A DNA stretch of 52,713 bases from contig JBBDUG010000004.1 of NCBI GenBank assembly GCA_040904025.1, positions 1 through 52,713 of the forward strand, read 5' to 3'. The first letter of the stretch is position 1, and the number at the start of each line of letters is the position of its first letter. Positions 1 through 8,599 of the stretch are shown here, in pieces. The DNA is from Minisyncoccota bacterium (GTDB lineage Bacteria; Patescibacteriota; Minisyncoccia; Phycocordibacterales; SW-6-46-9). The notes under the pieces are model-generated. The model did no database searches. It was not told the origin of the DNA and worked only from the letters and a program-made list of their open reading frames with translations. The position numbers and the translations under genes are program-made.

Positions 1-561
1 ATGGATATCATCCTTGCCCTTATCGGAGGAGTGGTTTCTCTTGTCTTCTACCCCTTTATCATTGCGGCAATCAAGTTAGATGATGGTGGACTAATTTTCT
101 ATACCGCGTTGCGTACGGGGCAGAACAATGAACCGTTTGTTCTTTATAAATTCCGTACCATGTCGAGTATGGATGGGGGAAAAGAGGTGGTAAAGAGCAA
201 TGGTGAGATAACTCGTGTTGGACAATTCTTGCGAAAAAGTCGGCTCGATGAGTTGCCACAGTTTTGGAATGTATTCCGTGGAGACATCTCATTTGTCGGC
301 CCACGTCCGGAATTTCCCGAGCTTGTACGCCACTACAAAGAAGAGGTTCCATATTATAATGTCCGGCATTTGATAAAGCCGGGACTCTCAGGATGGGCAC
401 AAATGTATCATGAGAACCATCCACATCATGGGGCGGACGCATCAGCAACGAAAGAAAAACTTTCGTTTGACCTCTTCTATATTAAAAATCGATCTATTAT
501 TTTGGATATAAAGATCGCACTAAAGACATTAAAAGTTTTCTTTATCCGTTCAGGACGGTAG
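1..561 (+). CDS. Bacterial sugar transferase (WbaP/WcaJ-type polyprenyl-phosphate glycosyl-1-phosphate transferase domain); may be 5' truncated by the window edge
   Basis: ORF track. One N-terminal TM helix followed by YKFRTM, DELPQFWNV and GD.S.VGPRP motifs typical of the family. Confidence 0.8.
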   Translation: MDIILALIGGVVSLVFYPFIIAAIKLDDGGLIFYTALRTGQNNEPFVLYKFRTMSSMDGGKEVVKSNGEITRVGQFLRKSRLDELPQFWNVFRGDISFVGPRPEFPELVRHYKEEVPYYNVRHLIKPGLSGWAQMYHENHPHHGADASATKEKLSFDLFYIKNRSIILDIKIALKTLKVFFIRSGR

Positions 562-572
562 TATACACACTC

Positions 573-1388
573 ATGTTAGTTGATGGAAAACAAATACAAC
601 AGGATATAAAAGAGAAATTGACTGCGCTTGTGCATAAGTGTGGGGAACGACCTCATCTTACCCTTGTCTATGTCGGTGAGGACCCTGTAATTGATACCTA
701 TATTGACCTCAAACGGCGTTTTGGGGAGGATATCGGGGTTCATATCAATATAGAGCGATATCCGGCGGATATCGAGAGAGAGCGTTTCCTTGGAATTATG
801 CGCAACTATGGGCAATCTGATGCAGATGGTATTGTGCTTCAATTGCCGCTTCCGGATCATATCGATACTGGTGAAGTACTCAATCTTGTTCCTGCAGAGA
901 AGGATGTTGATGTGCTCTCCGAGACTGCGTTCAAAGCAGCACTGCATGGTGATCATCCACTACCTCCTGTTGTGGGAGCAATACAGCATATTTTTGATCA
1001 GTATGATGTGGATCTCTCCGGGAAAAAAGTGGTGGTTGTGGGCAAGGGGCGCCTTGTTGGCAAACCAGTTTCTCTCTGGCTTTTCTCCCAGAAGGTTCCT
1101 CCGGTCATTCTCCAAAAAGGAGATGATGTATCAGCTCATACGCGTGAGGCTGACATTATCATATCCGGTGCAGGTGACCCGCATTTCATTACCCCTGATA
1201 TGGTCAAGGATGGCGTAATTCTTATCGATGCCGGTACTTCTGATGTTGCCGGGGAGACACGTGGTGATATGCATCCGGATGTTGCACAAAAGGCAGAGTT
1301 ATTCTCTCCTGTACCCGGAGGTGTTGGGCCGGTTACAGTGGCGAAACTCTTTGAGAACCTCTTGATATTATCGGGATATCATTCTTGA
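573..1388 (+). CDS. folD: Bifunctional methylene-THF dehydrogenase / methenyl-THF cyclohydrolase
   Basis: 271 aa. VVVVGKGRLVGKP Rossmann motif and C-terminal PVPGGVGPVT motif. Confidence 0.9.
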   Translation: MLVDGKQIQQDIKEKLTALVHKCGERPHLTLVYVGEDPVIDTYIDLKRRFGEDIGVHINIERYPADIERERFLGIMRNYGQSDADGIVLQLPLPDHIDTGEVLNLVPAEKDVDVLSETAFKAALHGDHPLPPVVGAIQHIFDQYDVDLSGKKVVVVGKGRLVGKPVSLWLFSQKVPPVILQKGDDVSAHTREADIIISGAGDPHFITPDMVKDGVILIDAGTSDVAGETRGDMHPDVAQKAELFSPVPGGVGPVTVAKLFENLLILSGYHS

Positions 1389-1446
1389 TTTTAGAGGGCT
1401 GGTTGTCTAGACTTACGTTGAATTAGAATGTTCCTTACTTAAATGC

Positions 1447-1848
1447 ATGGTGGTTCAGATGGAGAGATATGAATTGGTATACATTGCTCGAGATGTGTAT
1501 GACGGGATTGTTGCGGAGGAGACGCACATACCACTTCGTGGCGTATCAGATGAACATGATAGAGTTTACTATCTCGAGGGGTCAGACTGTCTCACAGAGG
1601 CTGAAGCCCGGCTTCTGCCAGATGATATCTGCGTTGTGAATGTTAGGGGCGGATATCCAGATACAAAAGTCATCGAAGCTCTTGTGGAAGCCTTGGAATC
1701 AGCGCTGGAGCCTTCGAATATGCGCTTCGTCACGTTGTATAGGGGTATGTTGAGGCAGTGGGATGTAGTCTCCAAGCCGTTTGCACCATATGCAGAGACC
1801 CTCTTCTGGACTATTGGTCAGAATGGTCAGGCGACAGCACGAGGATAA
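1447..1848 (+). CDS. Hypothetical protein (start may be the internal Met at 1459)
   Basis: ORF track only; no motif recognised. Followed by a terminator hairpin. Confidence 0.45.
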   Translation: MVVQMERYELVYIARDVYDGIVAEETHIPLRGVSDEHDRVYYLEGSDCLTEAEARLLPDDICVVNVRGGYPDTKVIEALVEALESALEPSNMRFVTLYRGMLRQWDVVSKPFAPYAETLFWTIGQNGQATARG

Positions 1849-1865
1849 TTCCCGTGCTTTTTTAT
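1836..1865 (+). terminator. Intrinsic terminator
   Basis: Stem AGCACG (1836-1841) / CGTGCT (1853-1858) followed by a T-run. Confidence 0.55.
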
Positions 1866-1892
1866 TGCAAAGAGTAAAAAAAGCGCTATACT
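1865..1892 (+). promoter_or_regulatory. Sigma70-like promoter for secDF
   Basis: TTGCAA, 16-nt spacer, TATACT; lies 11 nt upstream of the secD ATG region. Confidence 0.5.
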
Positions 1893-1902
1893 ACATACGT
1901 TT

Positions 1903-3270
1903 ATGACATCTATTGCGAAAATACGAATTGGGGCGATTATCATCTTTATGCTCGGCCTCCTTGTCGGATGGTTTGTTGTCTCAACCGAACAAAATCCAGA
2001 AAGTAGATTTGGTCTTCATTATGGCCTTGATCTTTCCGGTGGTGCTCATCTGGTGTATCGGGCGGATGTATCCGACCTTAATCCACGTGATATTGATGAG
2101 GCGATGTCAGCACTACGCGGAGTTATCGAGCGTCGTGTGAACGCCTTTGGTGTTTCTGAGCCAAATGTACAGATCGAACAGGGTGGACTCGGTAGTGGTG
2201 GTGAACACCGACTTATTGTTGAGCTTCCTGGTGTGACAGATGTGGAAAAAGCTATTGAAGATATCGGGAAAACACCACTCCTTGAATTTAAGTTGCTCGG
2301 GGGTCAGGCGCTTGGAAATATTGACGAGACGTCTACAACCAGTACAGCAGATCTTCTTGTAGATAGTGGATTGACTGGTCGACTGTTGCAGGGGGCACAG
2401 CTGCAGTTTGGACAGGGGGGTGTAGGTGGTTTTTCAAACGAACCTGTTATTGCCGTGCAGTTTAACAGTGAAGGGGCAGATCTCTTTGAGAAGATTACAC
2501 GTGAGAATACGGGACAGATTTTATATATATTACTCGATGGTGAGATCATTTCAGATCCGCGGATAAATGAGCCGATTGCCGGTGGAGAGGCGGTTATTAC
2601 CGGTAGTTTTACACCAGAAGAAGCTCGCACCCTTGTCCGTGATCTCAACCTCGGTGCGTTGCCGGTGCCAATTGAACTTGTTTCAACTCAGACTATTGGT
2701 CCAACACTCGGAGCTCAGGCTCGTGATGCTGGAGTTATGGCGGGTATTATAGGGCTGGCGTTTGTTGGACTGTATCTTATCTTCTGGTATCGGCTCCCCG
2801 GTGTTATTGCTTCTGTTGCTCTGGGATTCTATCTTCTTATGCTCTTAGCGCTCTTCAAGTTGATTCCTGTGGTATTGACCGCAGCGGGTATTGCCGGGTT
2901 CATTCTCTCGATCGGTATGGCCGTTGATGCCAATGTGCTCATATTCGAGCGCATGAAAGAAGAATTACGGGCAATTAATGAGCGTCATGGTGGGGATATG
3001 GAGAAGGCGATTCGAGAGGGATTCTCTCGTGCATGGCCTTCTATTCGGGATGGAAACACCTCAAGTATCCTTACCGCTATTGTGCTCTACTGGGCAGGAA
3101 CGACTCTCACCAAAGGCTTTGCAATTACCTGGGGACTTGGAATCCTTATCTCCATGTTCTCTGCTATTATCATCACCCGTTCTTTCCTTCTGGCTCTCGG
3201 GTCGGATAGGTTGAAGGGGGTACACAAGTTCTTGTATGCCACAGGACTTTCTAACATTGATACAGATTAG
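1903..3270 (+). CDS. secD: Protein translocase subunit SecD
   Basis: 455 aa. N-terminal TM, large extracytoplasmic loop, C-terminal multi-TM block with GMAVDANVLIFERMKEE motif. Confidence 0.9.
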   Translation: MTSIAKIRIGAIIIFMLGLLVGWFVVSTEQNPESRFGLHYGLDLSGGAHLVYRADVSDLNPRDIDEAMSALRGVIERRVNAFGVSEPNVQIEQGGLGSGGEHRLIVELPGVTDVEKAIEDIGKTPLLEFKLLGGQALGNIDETSTTSTADLLVDSGLTGRLLQGAQLQFGQGGVGGFSNEPVIAVQFNSEGADLFEKITRENTGQILYILLDGEIISDPRINEPIAGGEAVITGSFTPEEARTLVRDLNLGALPVPIELVSTQTIGPTLGAQARDAGVMAGIIGLAFVGLYLIFWYRLPGVIASVALGFYLLMLLALFKLIPVVLTAAGIAGFILSIGMAVDANVLIFERMKEELRAINERHGGDMEKAIREGFSRAWPSIRDGNTSSILTAIVLYWAGTTLTKGFAITWGLGILISMFSAIIITRSFLLALGSDRLKGVHKFLYATGLSNIDTD

Positions 3271-3272
3271 AT

Positions 3273-4175
3273 ATGTGGATTGTACGACATAAAAAAATAT
3301 TCTTTATCATCAGCGGGATTTTGCTTGCGGCCTCTATCGCACTCATTGCTGCATTTGGATTGCGTTTTGGTATTGAATTCTCCGGCGGTACGCTTGTTGA
3401 AGCGACATTTACCGAGCGGCCGGAGAAGGCGGAGATTACTCCTTCTCTTGAGAATATTCGAGAGGGTATTTCGGTACAGCTTCAGACAACAGGGGATGGG
3501 GGATATTTAGTCCGTACACCATTTCTCTCAGAGGATGAGCAAGGTGCCCTCACCTCTACAATTGAAGCGGCTGGAGGGACTGTAGAGAGAATCTCATCTA
3601 TTGGACCCTCTATTGGAAATGAGCTGCGTTCAAAGGCAGCTGTTGCTATTGCTGTTGTGCTTCTGGTGATAATCTTGTTTGTGGCATATGCCTTTCGAAA
3701 GGTCTCTGAGCCGGTTTCCTCCTGGAAATATGGTTTTGTAGCTATCGGTGCCCTTATCCACGATGTTTTGATTCCAACTGGTGCATTTGCATTACTTGGG
3801 CATCTTGTGGGGTACGAGGTTGATGTACTCTTTGTGATGGCACTTCTAGCTATTCTTGGTTATTCAGTCAACGATACAATCGTTGTTTTTGACAGGATCC
3901 GGGAGAATTTACAGATAAATTCGGAGAAGAATACCGATGAGCCATTTGAAGAGACTGTTGGACGCTCTCTTTCTCAGACATATACTCGGTCTATAAATAC
4001 ATCTTTGACGACGGTATTGGTTCTCGTTGCTCTCTATATCTTCGGGGCGACTTCGACTGAGCACTTTGCCCTTACCCTCATCATTGGTGCCATTGCCGGT
4101 ACCTATTCATCTATATTCTTTGCTTCACCGCTTCTGGTGCAGATAGAGAAGTGGCAGAGGAAGAAAGAGTCTTGA
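3273..4175 (+). CDS. secF: Protein translocase subunit SecF
   Basis: 300 aa. GYSVNDTIVVFDRIREN motif. Starts 2 nt after the secD stop. Confidence 0.9.
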   Translation: MWIVRHKKIFFIISGILLAASIALIAAFGLRFGIEFSGGTLVEATFTERPEKAEITPSLENIREGISVQLQTTGDGGYLVRTPFLSEDEQGALTSTIEAAGGTVERISSIGPSIGNELRSKAAVAIAVVLLVIILFVAYAFRKVSEPVSSWKYGFVAIGALIHDVLIPTGAFALLGHLVGYEVDVLFVMALLAILGYSVNDTIVVFDRIRENLQINSEKNTDEPFEETVGRSLSQTYTRSINTSLTTVLVLVALYIFGATSTEHFALTLIIGAIAGTYSSIFFASPLLVQIEKWQRKKES

Positions 4176-4230
4176 CATTTTATACGAGAGAGGTAGTTTA
4201 GAGATAGACATATTTTGTTATCTCGATCAC

Positions 4231-4398
4231 GAAGGGTTGCAGCTTTTAGAGCAGGGGTGGAGCGCTCCGCGTTGCATCTTAGTCTCGGGGAGAAAGGAGC
4301 TGTAACCCTTCAACCCTTGCTTGCCGTGTTTCGCCCATGGCACGGTGAGCTACAGGGGCCCGGCCGATCTTTTTCGGTCAGGGCCCCTTATTTGTTTG
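4231..4398 (+). ncRNA. Candidate structured RNA or riboswitch-like leader ending in a strong intrinsic terminator; family not identified
   Basis: 13-bp long-range helix GAAGGGTTGCAGC (4231-4243) / GCTGTAACCCTTC (4299-4311). Second helix 4320-4328 / 4341-4349. 13-bp GC-rich hairpin 4355-4387 followed by TTATTTGTTTG. The 68-aa ORF on the track here is probably spurious. Confidence 0.4.
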
Positions 4399-4430
4399 TG
4401 ATGGGGTTTTATATGGCATAATAGGAATTG

Positions 4431-5354
4431 ATGGAGAAGAATTTTCATACAATTTATCTACCAACTCGACCACAGACGGATACTATAATTGCCATTTTTA
4501 TTCTAAAGAAATTAGGCAAGGAAGAATTTCCGGGAGTTGAAGATGCAGAAGTAGCGATTCTCTCTCAGGTTGAAGAGGGGAAGAGTGAAAAAGATTACCT
4601 TAATGACGGCTGTGTCTTAATTGATATTGGAGGCGGACGGTTCGACCACCACACTCAAGGAGAAACTGCAACCCATGCAATTGCTGATTATTTGGGGTTA
4701 TTAGATTATCCTCCATTGCAAAAACTTATCCAAATCGCAGAGCGAGATGACAAGTACGGGAAGGGAATTATCTCCAAGGATAGATTAGATAGAGCATTTG
4801 GTCTTCCTGGTCTTATAATGGCATTGAATAAGAGTACGGATGATAATGCTGATTTAGTTGTTCGATCCTTCCTACCTATCATCTGGGGACACTATCATGA
4901 AGAATGTAGACGGACTATCGAACTTCCTGAAGAATTTAAACAACTAGAGGGAGAAGGGAAGGTGAAAGAAATACATGTAGACCACAAAGGAAAAAATCTC
5001 TTTGTAATGGGGGTCGAGTCTAATAGTAAAAGTATCGCGGGGTGGTTACGGGCGTATAAACGAGCAGATGTTGTAGTACAGAAAAATACATCAGGTCATG
5101 CTATCGTCCTTACAAATCCTCGGTCGTCCGTAGATTTATCGGGTGTAGCAGCAGAGATTCGTGCCGCTGAGTCGGGGGAGAAAAAAGATGGGTTTGATAA
5201 ACCAGGTAGAATAGATGAAGTTCCATACTGGTATTATGATACTGCTACAAACTCTTTATTAAACGGTGGGTCTCACGCTTCTGATGTAGAGCCTTCCTCC
5301 CTGACCTTAGCCGTGCTTCTAGAGAAGGTTAAAAAAGGCTTAGGAGAGCTCTAA
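4431..5354 (+). CDS. Putative metal-dependent hydrolase, weakly MYG1/UPF0160-like
   Basis: IDIGGGRFDHH motif resembles the MYG1-family GG..(R)FDHH motif; the N-terminus is divergent. ATG at 4431 preceded by AGGAA. Confidence 0.35.
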   Translation: MEKNFHTIYLPTRPQTDTIIAIFILKKLGKEEFPGVEDAEVAILSQVEEGKSEKDYLNDGCVLIDIGGGRFDHHTQGETATHAIADYLGLLDYPPLQKLIQIAERDDKYGKGIISKDRLDRAFGLPGLIMALNKSTDDNADLVVRSFLPIIWGHYHEECRRTIELPEEFKQLEGEGKVKEIHVDHKGKNLFVMGVESNSKSIAGWLRAYKRADVVVQKNTSGHAIVLTNPRSSVDLSGVAAEIRAAESGEKKDGFDKPGRIDEVPYWYYDTATNSLLNGGSHASDVEPSSLTLAVLLEKVKKGLGEL

Positions 5355-5362
5355 AAAAGTCA

Positions 5363-5391
5363 TTGACTATAATACTATAAAATTGTATAAT
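5363..5391 (+). promoter_or_regulatory. Near-consensus sigma70 promoter
   Basis: TTGACT (5363-5368), 17-nt spacer, TATAAT (5386-5391). GGAGG Shine-Dalgarno sequence before the ATG at 5452. Confidence 0.7.
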
Positions 5392-5451
5392 TTAGGCTGG
5401 TAAATACGAACCTTAACTTCACACTCATAAACAAGTTTCGGAGGTATACCC

Positions 5452-6264
5452 ATGCTGAACCTTCCCGACGGTGTTACCGTTGAGATCGAAAACGAGGCGG
5501 GAGAGGTGGCCGAAATCCATGAAGATGGATATATCGGTGTAGCTTCCTGTGCTCAGCAGGTGACCATGAGACTTATCGTCTCAAACCTTGCTCTACTCCC
5601 TGTTCATGTCGACGGTGCGAACAATGTTGTAAAGGCGCGCGTGAAGAAAATTGACGAGGGTGCCGTTTATACCCGGGTCGTCGATATCAAGCTTTCTGAT
5701 AGAAAGCCGCACGTGTTCCACACGGAGTATCCGCAGAACTCAATTCGGCTCGTAGGCCGCGTGAGTGAGACAGAAATCCGTGCGTGGCAGATTGCACTTG
5801 TCTCGCAGAACGGATTTTTCCATCTCACCTCCTTCGTCTCGCACGAAGGTCAGGTGTACCGAAAAGAAGATGGTAGCGTTACTGCTCCTGTTCTACACAA
5901 GTGGACGGGGCACGAGAAGGTCTTGACCCCCTTGTTCCGATGCCTCTCGGTACCTCCTCTGGAGGAGTACGAGCCATACAACGAATTTCTGGATGATGTC
6001 GAGCTTCCGCCCGAGCATCAGAAGGAGAATCGAGCGGTTGTGCTCTTCTTTAACCCGGCACGAGGATTCGGTGCTCTGAAAACTCGGAGGGGAGAGATTG
6101 TCCGTTTTCATTGGACGGCGATTGACCGGAATGGGGGTCGACTTAAGCACGTTGATCGGGGAGAGATTGTTCACTTTTCGCAGGTGGACGAGCCCGAACA
6201 GACGACTCATAGGACCACCTCCTTTAAACAGGAGGCCGGTCGGGTCATCTTCATTTCGACATAA
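5452..6264 (+). CDS. Hypothetical protein with a C-terminal cold-shock (CSD/OB) domain
   Basis: C-terminal VVLFFNPARGFGALKTRRGEIVRFHWTAI..DRGEIVHF aligns with the CspA pattern (WFN..KGFGF, VFVHFSAI, EGQ.V.F). The N-terminal ~195 aa are unrecognised. Confidence 0.6.
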   Translation: MLNLPDGVTVEIENEAGEVAEIHEDGYIGVASCAQQVTMRLIVSNLALLPVHVDGANNVVKARVKKIDEGAVYTRVVDIKLSDRKPHVFHTEYPQNSIRLVGRVSETEIRAWQIALVSQNGFFHLTSFVSHEGQVYRKEDGSVTAPVLHKWTGHEKVLTPLFRCLSVPPLEEYEPYNEFLDDVELPPEHQKENRAVVLFFNPARGFGALKTRRGEIVRFHWTAIDRNGGRLKHVDRGEIVHFSQVDEPEQTTHRTTSFKQEAGRVIFIST

Positions 6265-6285
6265 ATAGACATACACATGAGTGTG

Positions 6286-6320
6286 AAAAGCCTGTTGGTT
6301 AATTCCGGCGGGCTTTTCTC
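6286..6320 (+). terminator. Intrinsic terminator
   Basis: AAAAGCCTG..CGGGCTTTT hairpin followed by a T-run. Confidence 0.6.
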
Positions 6321-6342
6321 TTTCTTGTGTAAAGTTTTTTCA

Positions 6343-6371
6343 TTGACTTTTTGTAGTTATAGGAGTATAGT
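6343..6371 (+). promoter_or_regulatory. Sigma70-like promoter upstream of secE-nusG-rplK
   Basis: TTGACT (6343-6348), 17-nt spacer, TATAGT (6366-6371). Followed by a short hairpin CGCCC-AAGG-GGGCG plus T5 (6386-6405). Confidence 0.55.
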
Positions 6372-6471
6372 AGGTGCACTGAAGTCGCCCAAGGGGGCGG
6401 TTTTTAATTACCAACATTGCAGCAAATTGAGTTTGAACACAAGGGCTAATTTGCGATACTATACAACTACT

Positions 6472-6648
6472 ATGGCAGTTATCGATTTCCTCAAACATAC
6501 ACAAGCAGAATTACATCGTATTGCGTGGCCGACACGTCGGACTACTCTTATATTGACTACAATAGTAATTGCATTCTCTCTTTTTGTTGCGGCATATTTG
6601 GGTGCACTTGACTATATCTTCACCGGTCTCTTGCAGGGTCTTGTTTAA
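6472..6648 (+). CDS. secE: Preprotein translocase subunit SecE
   Basis: 58 aa from the internal ATG of ORF 6277..6648. ELHRIAWPTRRTT motif plus a single TM helix. Position immediately upstream of nusG. Confidence 0.8.
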   Translation: MAVIDFLKHTQAELHRIAWPTRRTTLILTTIVIAFSLFVAAYLGALDYIFTGLLQGLV

Positions 6649-6659
6649 TTTAAATATAT

Positions 6660-7262
6660 ATGGCGGATAATCAGGAAAAAAGTAAAGATAAGCTCGGCAA
6701 AGAAGGGCAAAAAAATGTTAAGCAACTTCTTGCTGACGGAAAGCCGCATTGGTATGCAATTCATACCTATGCTGGATATGAGGATGCGGTATGCCGCAAC
6801 CTCAAACAGCGAACCGAGTCTCTCGGTATGGAAGATCGTATCTTCGATGTGGTTGTTCCAACGAAGCAGGTTGTGAAGGTGAGGCGGGGGAAGCGAGTAG
6901 AGGAAGAAGAGCGTATCTATCCCGGGTATGTGCTGGTGAAGATGATCGTGACAGATGACTCATGGTATGTGGTTCGTAATACGCCACGTGTTACCGGATT
7001 CGTTGGGTCAGGAGTACATCCTGTACCTCTTAAAGAAGAAGAGGTACAGGAGCTCTTCCGCAAGATGAAGGGCGGAGAGACCGAACACGACATCGATTTG
7101 GAAGAAGGAGATGTTGTTACCATCATCGATGGTCCGTTTAAGGAAATGGAAGGAAAGATACAAGAAGTTGATCGTGAACGAGGAAGGGTGAAGGTTTTTG
7201 TCTCTATGTTCGGGCGTGAGACGCCAGTGGAGCTCGATTTCCTTCAGGTTAATAAGATATAG
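6660..7262 (+). CDS. nusG: Transcription termination/antitermination factor NusG (with a ~28-aa basic N-terminal extension)
   Basis: NGN domain (HWYAIHTYAGYE) and KOW motif (GDVVTIIDGPFKEMEGKIQEVD). Confidence 0.9.
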   Translation: MADNQEKSKDKLGKEGQKNVKQLLADGKPHWYAIHTYAGYEDAVCRNLKQRTESLGMEDRIFDVVVPTKQVVKVRRGKRVEEEERIYPGYVLVKMIVTDDSWYVVRNTPRVTGFVGSGVHPVPLKEEEVQELFRKMKGGETEHDIDLEEGDVVTIIDGPFKEMEGKIQEVDRERGRVKVFVSMFGRETPVELDFLQVNKI

Positions 7263-7300
7263 CTTGATTTTTAGGTTATATAAAGTATTCTAATTCTGCT

Positions 7301-7723
7301 ATGGCTAAAAAGATACAGAAACAAATTAAAGCTCAGATACCGGCGGGGAAAGCAACGCCGGCTCCTCCTCTTGGTCCCGTACTCGGGCAGGCGGGAGTGA
7401 ATATAGGGGAGTTTGTAAATCAGTTTAATGAGCGTACAAAGGATATGGGCGGTGATCTCACCCCTGTTGTTATTACCGTGTATGAAGATCGGAGTTTTGA
7501 CTTTGTTACAAAAACTCCCCCCGCATCATTCCTCATCCTCAAGGCAATTGGGGAGAAGAAGGGATCTGGAGAGAACAAGAAGGAAAAGGTTGGTACTATC
7601 ACCCGCAAGCAGCTCGAAGAGATAGCGGAGATAAAGCGGGAAGATATGTCAGCAAATGATATAGATGCTGCAGTGAAGACACTTGAAGGAACATGCAGAT
7701 CGATGGGAGTTGAGGTAAAATAG
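7301..7723 (+). CDS. rplK: 50S ribosomal protein L11
   Basis: 140 aa. [22 protein letters not shown] motif. Confidence 0.95.
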   Translation: MAKKIQKQIKAQIPAGKATPAPPLGPVLGQAGVNIGEFVNQFNERTKDMGGDLTPVVITVYEDRSFDFVTKTPPASFLILKAIGEKKGSGENKKEKVGTITRKQLEEIAEIKREDMSANDIDAAVKTLEGTCRSMGVEVK

Positions 7724-7822
7724 AGAAACTATGATTCTTTCTCATAGACTTACAACTTGGTCATCATTTGTAGCCGACAACCCTGCGGGCATGTAGGGTA
7801 AGTATATAATTTGTATATATAA

Positions 7823-7850
7823 ACACCCTGCATGTCTGCGGGGTGTTTTT
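7823..7850 (+). terminator. Strong intrinsic terminator after rplK
   Basis: 10-bp stem ACACCCTGCA / TGCGGGGTGT with loop TGTC, followed by TTTTTGTATTTT. Confidence 0.7.
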
Positions 7851-7876
7851 GTATTTTCAACTAATTCCTAATTATC

Positions 7877-8599
7877 ATGCAGCTTATACCAGTCAAAACA
7901 AAACGGTTTGAACCACCACAGGATGATCTTATCTCAGAAATCGATACTGTTCTCGAAGAGAGGATACAAGATGGAGATGTGCTTGTTGTAACCTCAAAGG
8001 TGGTCTCAATCCATGAGGGGAGATGTACCCCCGTTGAAGGAGTAGAAAAAGAAGAGTTAGTACGTGATGAAGCTGATCTCTATATAAATGAAGTTGATAG
8101 TAGATGGCCAATCGTACTAAAAGACAATGCATTTCTTGTTGGTGCGGGTATAGATGAAAGTAATGCAGATGAACATTACATCCTTCTTCCAAAGAATCCC
8201 TTTGAAAGTGCAGAGCGGATTTATTCGTATATACAGAGTAGATTCAAACTCAAGGATATAGGCGTCTTGGTTGTAGACTCTCATTCAATCCCACTGAGAT
8301 ACGGAACTGTGGGTGTTGCGCTCGGATGGTGGGGTTTTGAACCGGTCACGCATTTTACCGGAAAGCCAGATTTGTTTGGGCGCTCTGCGCGATTTTCGCG
8401 TATCAATGTGGCTGATGCACTCGCCGTATCTGCTGTCTTTCTTATGGGGGAGATGGATGAACAAACTCCATTGTGTATTGCGCGCGATATACCACATATC
8501 GAATTTACCGCTCGAGACACATCAGGAAATCTCTTTATCCCTCACAGAGAGGATATCTATTGGCCACTTATAAAACGATTCTATGAAAGCGACAATTAA
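7877..8599 (+). CDS. CofE-family (F420-0:gamma-glutamyl ligase-like) protein
   Basis: GDVLVVTSKVVSIHEGR, GAGIDESN, GVLVVDSHS..RYGTVGVALG and GKPDLFGR...VADALAVSAVFLMGE all match the conserved blocks of archaeal CofE as I recall them. Confidence 0.75.
   Translation: MQLIPVKTKRFEPPQDDLISEIDTVLEERIQDGDVLVVTSKVVSIHEGRCTPVEGVEKEELVRDEADLYINEVDSRWPIVLKDNAFLVGAGIDESNADEHYILLPKNPFESAERIYSYIQSRFKLKDIGVLVVDSHSIPLRYGTVGVALGWWGFEPVTHFTGKPDLFGRSARFSRINVADALAVSAVFLMGEMDEQTPLCIARDIPHIEFTARDTSGNLFIPHREDIYWPLIKRFYESDN

Noticed and set aside
4231-4398. Assigning the structured RNA to SRP RNA, tmRNA, RNase P, 6S RNA or a known riboswitch class (THF, ZTP, guanidine-I, TPP, SAM, FMN, glycine, yybP-ykoY)
   Set aside because: The conserved cores I know were not found. 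These include GGAAGCAGC of SRP domain IV, the tRNA-like end of tmRNA, GAGGAAAGTCC of RNase P, CCGCCTGGGC of ZTP and CTGAGA of TPP. It is left unclassified.
6277-6471. N-terminal 65 aa of track ORF 6277..6648 as part of SecE
   Set aside because: This stretch contains the terminator of the upstream gene and two promoter-like elements. SecE homology starts at the internal Met at 6472.
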